Below, one piece after another: positions 54,558 through 64,000 of a DNA stretch of 64,000 nt (its first letter is position 1; each line of letters opens with the position of its first letter). This DNA comes from Camelus ferus (Eukaryota): NCBI RefSeq assembly GCF_009834535.1, contig NC_045697.1, positions 54,810,001-54,874,000 on the forward strand, written 5' to 3'. The notes under the pieces were generated by a model that saw only the letters and a list, made by a program, of their open reading frames with translations, was not told the origin of the DNA and did no database searches. The position numbers and the translations under genes are program-made.

Positions 54558-55634
54558 TTTTTTTAATTAAAGATAGTTGGTTTACAATGTTGTGTCAATT
54601 TCTGTTGTACAGTGTAATGTTTCAGTCATACATATACATACATATATTCCTTTTAATATTCTTTTTCATTATAGGTTACTTCAAGATATTGAATAAAGTT
54701 CCCTGTGCTATACAGTAGAATCTTGTTATTTATCTGTTATATGTATAGTAGTTAGTATCTGTAAATCTCAAACTCCTAATTTATCTCTTTCCACCCTTTT
54801 TCTCGCCTGGTAACCATAAGTTTGTTTTCTATGTCTGTGCATTTGTTTCTGTTTTGTAAATAAATTCATTTGTCTCATTTTTTTTTAGATTCCACATATA
54901 AATGATATCATACGGTATTCTTTCTCTTTCTGGCTTACTTATAACAATCTTCAGGTCCATCCATGTTGCTGCAAATGGCATTCTTTTATTCTTTTTTATG
55001 GCTGAATAGTATTCATTATATATATATATTCACATCTTTATCCAGTCATCTGTCAATGGACATTTTGGTTGTTTCCATGTCTTGGCTATTGTAAATAGTG
55101 CTGCTATAAACATTAGGGTGCATGTATCTTTTCAAGTTAGAATTTTCAATGGATATTTGCTCAGGAGTAGTATTGCTGGATCATATGGTAGCTCTATTTT
55201 TAGTTTTTTAAGGAATCTCCATACTGTTTTCCATAATGGCTGCACCAAACTAAATTCCCAACAACAGTATGGGAGAGCTCCCCCTTTCTTTATGCCCTCT
55301 CCAGCATTTATTGTTTATGGACTTTAGAATGATGGCCCTTGTGACTATTGTGAGGTGATACTTCATTGTAGTTTTGATTTGCATTGCTCTGATAATTAGT
55401 GATATTGAGCATTTTTACATGTGCCTATTGGCCATTTGTATGTCTTCATTGGAGAAATGCTTATTTAGGTCTTCTGCTCATTTTTGGACTCGAGTGTTTG
55501 TTTTTTTATTATTAAGTTGTATGAGCTGTTTGTATATTCTGGAAATTAGTCCTTTGTTGGTTGCATCATTTGTAAATATTTTCCTCCATTCTGTAGGTTG
55601 TCTTTTTGTTTTGTTTATAGTTTCCTTTGCTGTG
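54558..55634 (-). mobile_element. 5'-truncated L1 inserted in a plus-strand MIR (~54445-55700)
   Basis: Same family as 6891-8198; MIR text (tttgggca ... ttttctcatctgtaaaatgag) continues on both sides. Confidence 0.93.
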
Positions 55635-55714
55635 GGCACATTATTGAACATCTTTGAGCTTTGGTTTTCTCATCTGTAAAATGAGATTTTAATATTTCCC
55701 TTCCAGCCAAAAAT

Positions 55715-55950
55715 CCAACAGTAATAACAGCTAACTGTTATCGAGTACTTCTTTTGTGGCAAGCACAGGGCTAAGACCTTTGCATTATGATACTTAAACC
55801 TTATCACAACCCTATGAAGTGAATACTAAGATTCTGCAGAGAAGGAAAGTGAGAATTAAAGAGACTAAGCCACTTGCCCAAGGTGAAACATTAAGCAAGG
55901 CTTGGAATCTGAAATTGAGTCCAGTTATATGACTAAGCTTACCACTTTAT
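55715..55950 (-). mobile_element. MIR SINE
   Basis: aataacagctaac...cacaaccctatgaagt...actaagccacttgcccaagg. Confidence 0.8.
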
Positions 55951-57217
55951 TACCACCTAGTAGCAATTATGATGATAACAATAATAGTAAGCCAGGCACA
56001 ATTCCAAGCTCTTTAAAAACATTAACTCATTTAATTCTCATAAATACCCTTTCAGAAGATGCAAGTGATATAGAATCTCAGTTTTAATATTGTATACATG
56101 TAACCATGTATGTGTATCTCTTTATCTGTGTATATCTCTTTATTAATTAAGCATCTTTCTGTTCTTGGTCTGTGATTGTAAGTGGGGTTACATTAGGTTG
56201 TCTAATTTATTAGATGTAACAATATTTTCAATGGAAAATGGTAATAATGCTAATCTGCAAATTTGGCAAAACCTGATAAACAACTTTTGTTAGCTTTGTC
56301 CCTAAAGTTAGAGTAAATAAGCTTTGAGTAAATATATAAGGTCCTCACTCTCAAATACAAGGTATAAATGATACTATGTGGACTTTATCAAGTATTTTGA
56401 CATCTCAGAGTCCTCTTTTTACTCATTCTGGGTTCCTGGCTGTACTGGGGATATTTGAAATACTAGATTAAATGACCTATAGATAAGTTAATTATTAATA
56501 TCAGTTATTTTCACATCATATTCCTGGTTTTATTTCTGTGATTTTTCCCAGGATTCAAGTGTGGAACCTAAATATATGTGTTCGTTTGCCTATCTTTTAG
56601 ATTATCGTGTATAGTAGAAAGTCAAAAAAAAAAAAAGACTTTATTTGTCCTCTTCCCAGGCCCATCTAACAAATTGAGTAATGTCTTCTATTTTGCCTGG
56701 CATTGTGTGAGATATTCTGTGAATGGTTTTTCTTTTATATGTGTCTTTTCTCCCCTGAAATCAAATTAAAAGAAGTTACAAGTTGAAACAATTAATCTGG
56801 AAATGTTACTTATCTTTTAGCATAAAATATTTGACTGCCATTTTCTAATTAAAGCATGTCTTCCTCTGATGCCTTCATCTCGTTGGCTCTTGTGAGCTTC
56901 TTTTATAATATCTTAATAAAAACTGAGCTTGAATAATTAAATTTTAAGATTTAGCTATGAAGCCAAGTGAAGTATTCATTCTACCCTCAAGCAGACCTGC
57001 TGTCTTTAAAAGGAGCATTATGTTTTCCAATCCACAAGAGTAAAATGCACGTTAGTGGCTTCTTTTACCCATGCTGACAAAAGGATTCACCACAACTTAG
57101 TGGGTATTAAGACAGAGGATGTTTCAGTCCCAGATCTTAATGAGTCAATGATATGATCTGCATTAAACTCAAATTAAAATGCCTTTCACATGGTCCAAAA
57201 ATGTGTCATCATCATAT

Positions 57218-57400
57218 GGCTGTGTTTCTCAGAGTGGCCTGTCACCACCTGTGCCAGGATCACATTGAGGTGCTTGTTGCAAACCCAGGTCCTCAGGCTC
57301 TTCTTCATCCTACTGCGATCTTGGAGATTTGGGCTTGTAGTCTGCACCTTTAATAAACTTCTCAGGAGTTTCTTATACATATTGATACTTGAGAAACACT
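57218..57400. mobile_element. MER5-family (hAT-Charlie) MITE
   Basis: gtgtttctca ... tgagaaacac terminal inverted repeats; internal tctgcacctttaataaacttctcagg. Confidence 0.7.
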
Positions 57401-57694
57401 CTTATGGGGAACAAAATAGATAAAGATAAAACTTATTTTGTCAATAGAGGTTTAGCAACTACTATGCTATTTGCATTGTTTCTCAGAGTTTTTAGTTTAA
57501 AAATGTAAACCTTAGATGCTCCATTAAAAAATAATTTTACTCTTTGTTGTTTAGAGTTAAAAAGGAGCCTGAAGTCTGACTATTCAGTATCTTGATTAGG
57601 TTAATCTAGAAAATTCATCAAACCAGTCACATAGGGCAGGGGGTGCTGGTCATCTTGCAAAACAGTGAAAAAAGGCTACTTGGACATGTTCTAA

Positions 57695-57857
57695 CATGTT
57701 GCATCTCAAAGTGTGGACCATGGATCAGTACATCCGTATTACTTGGGAGCTTATTAAAAATGCATATTCTCAGGTCCCACCCTCAATTTACTTGGAATCT
57801 GCATTATAACAAGATGCCCAAGTGATTCCTGTACACATTAAGTTCCAGAAGCATTGC
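57695..57857. mobile_element. MER5A1-like MITE
   Basis: tctcaaagtgtggacc...ttgggagcttattaaaaatgcatattctcaggtcccaccc...aatctgcattataacaagat...agaagcattg. Confidence 0.85.
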
Positions 57858-59295
57858 TCTGAGACATTACTGGTTGCTAGAATGTGTAGCTTATATATAG
57901 GCTCAGAACTGTTTATACAGGAGGATTTCTCTTGTGGTTAAAAAATTAGAAAGCACAAATACCAAAAATGGATGGTCCTTGCATTAACTAAGGGGCAAAT
58001 AATGAACCCTTAACTATTTAGAGAGTCAATGTTTAAGGACTGAAGCATTCACTGTCTAAATTAGAAAAATATCTGAGCAGAATTGACAGTGGTTCCATAG
58101 AATCGAGGGGATGGTCACTTGAACAATTATTTAAAGCTTTTTCGTAAAAAAGACCTATGTTTTCTACTATGGACTATATAAAAACTAATGCATACTAATT
58201 ATGGACCAATCACAGATGATAGGATGTCTGTGTGGTCAAAAACTTGGTAAAGGGGGTAGAGTAAATGCATAATAGAATCATGGCATTTATGTTGATAAAG
58301 GAGAGCTAAAATATTTTTATAACTCACTTTTTGTCTGGTATAATAAAGAGGAATTTTGAAGACAGATAGTAAATCAAAATAGTTTTGAAATATAATCTGT
58401 AATGAGAATGAATAATGTGATCTAGGGTATTCGTATCACCAATGACAAATATCTCTGTTAACATTCAGATCTGAGAACAAATCAAGTGTCAGATACCCTC
58501 AAGGGAAGTAGGAGAACTCTTTGGAATTATTCACATATGAACTGAAAAATCAGTTGCTTTTGATACCCAGGGATGAACTAAATGTATCCTGATATGGAAA
58601 TTTTATTCCATTTCCAAACTACTTAGGTTGTGTAAAGTGGACAATGATATTATCGGTAACCACGCAACCAGATTACCTGGATTAAGCTTTGATTAATTTT
58701 CCCTCTTTTGTGCCAGAAATGCCTGAGGAGTGAAATATGTGCTTTTAAAATCAGGCCTATAATCACTAAGCCCAAACAATTTCATGGTCATCTGTCCTCA
58801 ACCTAATTCCACAACTTAGCAAGAGGGGTTGGGGTATTGGCTATTGTGGGAAATTCACTGATAAATATTTAAGGATATTTAAAATTTGGTTTCATTTACA
58901 GGAAATTTTGCTTTTTGTAAATCCTTCTTCTTAAGGGTAGTCCATTTTCAGCAGGAGCTATTAAAATGACAAATGTTTTAAAACAATGAAAAGTAAATGC
59001 CTAGACAAGTCATTAATAGGTAAAGCAAAATGTAGATTAAAAACAAAAGCAAAAAATATTAGAACTATTAGCCTTTGTCACTTTTTCTTGGGAATGACTG
59101 ACCTTAGAAGAAGTGATACAATGACACTGCGAAGTACAGTATTCATCACATAGTGGCAGACTGGTGTCCTATAAACACTGGTTCAACGTCTGCTTACTCA
59201 TGTAGATAGACATTTAGAACTACAACATAGATATTTGACATTATAGATGCCTGTTCATATTTTATGATTTGGTCATAGCAGGAGGAAATAATTTT

Positions 59296-59476
59296 TTTTC
59301 CTCTTTCTTTTTTTTTTTTATTGAGTTATAGTCAGTTTACAATGTTGTATCAATTTCTGGTGTACAGCACAAGTTTCCAGTCATACATGAATATACATAT
59401 ATTCATTTTCATATTCTCTTTCATCATTAGCTACTATAAGATCTTGTATATGTTTCCCTGTGCTATACAGTATAAA
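59296..59476 (-). mobile_element. Short young camelid-type L1 3' end
   Basis: ttgagttatagtcagtttacaatgttgtatcaatttctggtgtacagc; imperfect 17-bp TSD (14/17) at 59279-59295 and 59477-59493; empty site tttt/aaag. Confidence 0.9.
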
Positions 59477-59897
59477 CAGGAGAGGATAATTTTAAAGAGA
59501 AAAAAGAGGTAGTCTCTCCTCTCCCCTGCTCATTTCATGCCTTCTTGAGTGAACAAAATCCACCTTTCAGAAAATATATTTAACAATATATAAGTGACAC
59601 ACTCTCAGAGTGGCAAACTGGAAGGACTAAGGAGAGGATCAATCATTCCTGGGAAATCTTTAGACCAGGAAAATTACTTCCCACACTCCCCAATATGAAG
59701 AGACATCACCTTTCCTTTTGTCATAAAATGTCCTCTCTCTTTTTCCTGCCTTCTACTTCCCCCCTGTCCAATAGGAAGAAAGAAAAAAAAAAAAAACCCA
59801 CAAAATCCTCTGAACCATTTTTAGAAAAATAAATAGTCTCTTCTGGGACATAAGATGAGTAAGAGTTGGCATTTTTTTTGTTGTCACTTTGGGTAAG

Positions 59898-60430
59898 AGG
59901 TCAAAGGTCGTTATCTAACAGTTGCATCCAAATGGAATCAATCTCTCCTTCATAGATCCTGTCAGATGCACCTGAGCCTCCTGGGGGTTTGTGCAGAGCG
60001 GTTCATGGTCAAAGGCAGGAATGGATATCGGCACTCCAGGGGAGGCTATATTTTTCTGTCGATAGACAGAAGATTGCAGTGTCCTAGACAGGTAATCAAT
60101 TATCAAGCACCACAATCAGTTCACCTTTAAACATTAAACAGGTGGGGCGGGAGACAACTAAAATCTATCATGTTTACTAGGTTTGCCAAAAACAACTAAA
60201 GAACTGCTTTATCCTTTTAATCAGTTCGAATCTGTGCTTCTTGTTATCAGTTTTATGAAGAAACTGACTGATGTTTTTCTTTTTTTTCTTCCTGGAAAAT
60301 GCTTGGTAGATTCTCAAAGGGTCAAAAGTCTACATTTATTTAAGTTATAAGTATATTTAAAAAAAAACCAACCCATTTCCCCCTTACCTTTAGTTAACTG
60401 AATGTTAATACATTCATGAGTCAGCTCCAA
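59898..60430. promoter_or_regulatory. Candidate nuclear-receptor/FOXA/GATA enhancer
   Basis: DR1 AGGTCA-A-AGGTCG 59898-59910 with adjacent TTATCT; two weaker DR1s; TGTTTAC; TGAGTCA. Confidence 0.35.
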
Positions 60431-60609
60431 TGACACCATTTCCTTTCCAGTTTGGTGAGTGGTGAAAGAAAGAAAATGGAAAAGCCTAAAACAAAGTTTC
60501 CTCTTAGATTAAATCGTGTGTGGTTTGTAAAGACTTTTTTCTACCCCACCATTAAAGGTAAAGCATAGCTTTTCTTTTTGTTCCCTGATTAGAGGGCTTC
60601 ACTGGATTT

Positions 60610-60800
60610 GTGGCAAATAAATTGACAAGTGAGGGCACTGATGACAAGAGAGCAATAATTGATAGTGGCAGGTGGGGGCTTCGTGTACTGGCATGTCCTG
60701 TGGAGGGTGAGCCAAGGACATCTATCAATCAAATCGGTGACAGCAGTCAGGGAGACTTAATTGGAGATTCATTGAACCTTTAATGATGTGACAGAGAAAA
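60610..60800. promoter_or_regulatory. Candidate Pbx-Hox/Meis element
   Basis: ATCAATCA 60724-60731; TGACAG at 60738-60743 and 60789-60794; TTAATTG and TAATGA nearby. Confidence 0.35.
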
Positions 60801-62679
60801 ATAAGAATGCTTAAAAGGCTCCTGGGCTATTTCTTTCCTTCATTCCAATAATTCTCACAGAAAGGGTAGAAAGTGGACATTGCTTCAGGGTTGAACATTC
60901 ATTGTTTCCATCAAAGTTAATCACATTATTTTGTGGGGCAGAGTAGTGAAGGTATCTGCCATCAGTCCAATGTGGAATTAAAGCTATACCTGGAGATTTA
61001 GAGATTTGACTGTCCCATAACTTTAGCGTGACCAAAAGTGCTTAGCAATTGTTAGGGTACCATATGGTATACACTGATTTAAAACTAGGGTGCAGATACT
61101 TGTCTGCCAGAGTGTGGGTTATGAACACAATGAGGAAAGACATCATTTTTCTAAGTTAATAAAATTTTTTCTCATTCTTCTAGAGAGTTTTCTGTACTAT
61201 ACAATTTTTTTTTTTTTTTGGTAGAAGGTTCAAAATAATTTAATCTCTCATTTGAGAAAGCAAAGAGCCCTACAAAGGTATTTTCCCTTTAGGAACATGG
61301 ATTTTTTTTTTTACTGTTAGCAGCGCAGGAAAGAAACTTCAGTTTCAAGGCACTGTGCATAGATATAATGTGTGAAAAGATAAGAGAGTTTCTGCCACCT
61401 GAGATCTTATATTTTCATATTTAGGTATTTATACATTTATCTGTTCATTCTTAATTACAGCTTTGAACATCTGCTATGCACAGTGCTTTGTCTGAGGTCT
61501 GTTGGGCCTGGCGATTTCTTCCATGGATTCTGTAGTCTAGTGAGGGAAGACAGACATGCCCATTACAGTGTTACACTCTGTAACAGAGGCGATATGGATG
61601 CTGCCCAGGAGGGAGATGCTATAGACATAAGTCCACTTACGTGGAATTTTTCTTGTCTCTTAAAAATTCACTGTATTCATCAGAATACTTGCTGCAAATA
61701 GGGAAGGAAGAAAATGTCCTGGACTTGTTATGGCAGAGGTTTTACATTTAATGGTGTCCAGGCTTCTCAAAATATGAGTCATCTTATGTATAGTAGAGAG
61801 AGATTGTTACACCTCTTCCTTACACTTTTAAATTCACCATCTTGCCATAAATGTGTGTTTTCCGAAAGTCACGACCCATTTAATACTTCATGGAGAAATA
61901 GAAACTAATTGTTTAAAGTTCTCAGAAGGTCAATGTCTTGTTCTACCCAGGGACAACTTGCTTTTTTTTCCCTTGCAGAGATCCCAGTTCAACATTTATT
62001 CTCCACATTAAATACTTCAAGAATTATGACTTCTTGACAGTGGCTCAGTGTCTCAACTGTACATGCGTTGCACACCACTCAATTGTCGCCCTCCAGATTA
62101 GTCCTCTTGGAGTTGTGCCTGTTTTCCTACATATTCATAGATGCCTTTAAAAGACAACTTACAGAGACAAAAAAATACATAAGTCAGGAAACTGTACCAT
62201 GGCAAAGAATGTCCCTCATCATTATTGAGAACACCTACCACTAGCCAAGTATATACTGCACTTTCCAAGGGGAAAGATAGTTAAAAGTAATTTGAGGTAG
62301 TTTGCATTTTAGAAGAAAAACATGTTAATTATATAATTTGGAGTATCTATTTTGAAAAGGAAGTATCTGGGTTAAAATTTTGTGTTATGTTTTATTGGGC
62401 TATTTTCTCCAAAATTTTCATGTTGGAAGAATTCTCTCATCCATATCCCTTTTTCAGATGGATCAAATATTATAATTAATTTTTTTAGATCCTAGAACAA
62501 TTTTGTTCCTAGGTTGGAAAATAATCTAAGGAATATAAGTTGCACCTAAATTATCAACGTGGACATTGAACCATCTCCAAGTCTTTTTAGAAATGGAAAC
62601 ACACACTGCCAAGGTTAGAATAATTCTTTATGAGTATTTTGGCTGTATCATCAAAGTGGCATTTGAATCTCCTTTACAA

Positions 62680-63290
62680 CTTTCCCATCAAGTGGTTGTT
62701 CATTCCAAGTAATACACCTGCAGAAAAGACAGACTCCACCTCCTAAGGCAGCCTCATTCCATCTTTCAGAGACTCTGTTAAATACTTTTCTTACGTTGGT
62801 AGAAATCAGTCTCCTTGTAGCATCCAGTTTCTGGACTGGACTTACCCTCTCTCTTTGGATATTTAGATTAAGGAGAACAATTGCCTATGAGAGTTCTCCA
62901 ACTATGTGAAGATGATTATCCTATTTCATCTAAGTCTGTCATTTAAAAAAAATTAAGATTCTCATTTCCCTTAGCCATTCTCCCATGTTGTGGTTTTAGG
63001 TCCTGTTATCATCAAAACTGCCTTGCTCTGTGCTAACCTGATTATGGTCCATTGTCTCTAGATTTGTAGAACACATTGACAAAAGTTGAACACAATTCCA
63101 GAAAAGATCTGACCAGATGTGAGCAGAGCAGGGTAATCTTTTCTTCCCTGCAAGCTGCATCTCTTTTAAATTTCTTCTTGCTATGTTCAGTTGCAAAAGA
63201 TAGCATGTATATTTTGTCATGTTCATTGTGCCATCTCATATATTCCCTCTTACTACCAGCTTTGTGTCATCAACAAATTTGACAGCAACA
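62680..63290 (-). mobile_element. L3/CR1 LINE relic
   Basis: Minus strand of 63257-63280 translates KFVDDTKL (CR1 RT KFADDTKL); minus ORF ITLLCSHLVRSFLELC resembles CR1 ILPLYSALVRPHLEYC; L3 3' text aggcagcctcattccat. Confidence 0.8.
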
Positions 63291-64000
63291 GCAGAGTTGC
63301 ATGTATTTCCATAAGGATATTAACAATGAATTTTCTTCATTTTAATGATTATAAAGTTGATTTGCTGGAAATGGTCCTTTACAGAGAAACTTCTCAGTCA
63401 TTGCTGATTATGCTTAGCAAGTGAAGGATTGAGAACATTAACACTGCATCTCAGCTCCCTCTGGTGTACACAACCGTCTCAGATATCCTTCAATAGTCTG
63501 AATTGCTGAGTAGAGTAATATGTATTATTGATAGAGTGTAAAGGGACGTGGCTTACTGTAATCCTCCTTTTAAATATGGTACTTGGATAGCCACGGATTA
63601 TAATACTCCTTTTGGGATTTTAACTATTTGTGGAACTCTGAGGCTCTCTTTCTCTTCATTGTGACAATCCATGATGACTTAGGAAACTTGTACTATGAAT
63701 ACTGAAGATATTTAGGAAATAAATTGCACAGACCCAGTGTAAAAACTATGATGATTGATTGTCTAAACTGGCACTGTTAAAAAAAACCCACTGGCTAACA
63801 CAATCTTTACTATATATAATAAGCAGTAATGAAACATCTTGGATTTTATTTTTCTAATTCTACTAGAATTATAAATCCTAACTTAATGCTTGCCTGTGAT
63901 TCAGTTTTTCAAAACGGGCACAGATTAAACAAAATAAAAAAACTTAGCTCTCATAACAATTTTTATTATAAATATTTATTGAGGGCCTATTATATTATAG

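Noticed and set aside
285..63424. ORFs in the supplied track as protein-coding genes
   Set aside because: All are short (141 aa or less) and many start at GTG/TTG. The longer ones mostly overlap decayed L1/L2/LTR sequence, and none outside repeats resembles a protein I recognise. Small spliced exons cannot be excluded by eye.
1..64000. CRISPR arrays, tRNA/rRNA genes, NUMTs, prokaryotic or viral coding inserts
   Set aside because: I saw no regularly spaced short repeats, tRNA/rRNA signatures, mitochondrial-like sequence or long ORFs.

Overview
AT-rich, CpG-depleted mammalian non-coding DNA (gene desert or large intron). The repeats are eutherian: MIR, L2, L3/CR1, MaLR/ERVL LTRs, MER DNA transposons and old L1M. 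Young L1 3' ends resemble camelid L1 as I remember it, and I saw no Alu, B1, Bov-A, PRE1 or SINEC, so a camelid (alpaca/camel) is my inference. I can support no protein-coding exon, RNA gene or CRISPR array; the ORF track is explained by decayed transposons and chance. The most unusual object is a ~1.4 kb GC/CpG-rich insert (~31.2-32.6 kb) made of ~1.55 copies of a diverged ~880-bp unit. It carries TCTCGCGAGA and YY1-like motifs, appears to have replaced the 3' end of an old L1, and shows no TSD. Other leads are a candidate retroposed 3'UTR inside a HAL1, a solo poly(A) insertion with TSD, a 39-bp-arm inverted repeat, and motif clusters resembling Wnt/TCF, NF-Y, nuclear-receptor/FOXA and Pbx-Hox/Meis regulatory elements. 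All repeat names come from remembered consensus sequences; subfamily calls and boundaries are approximate.
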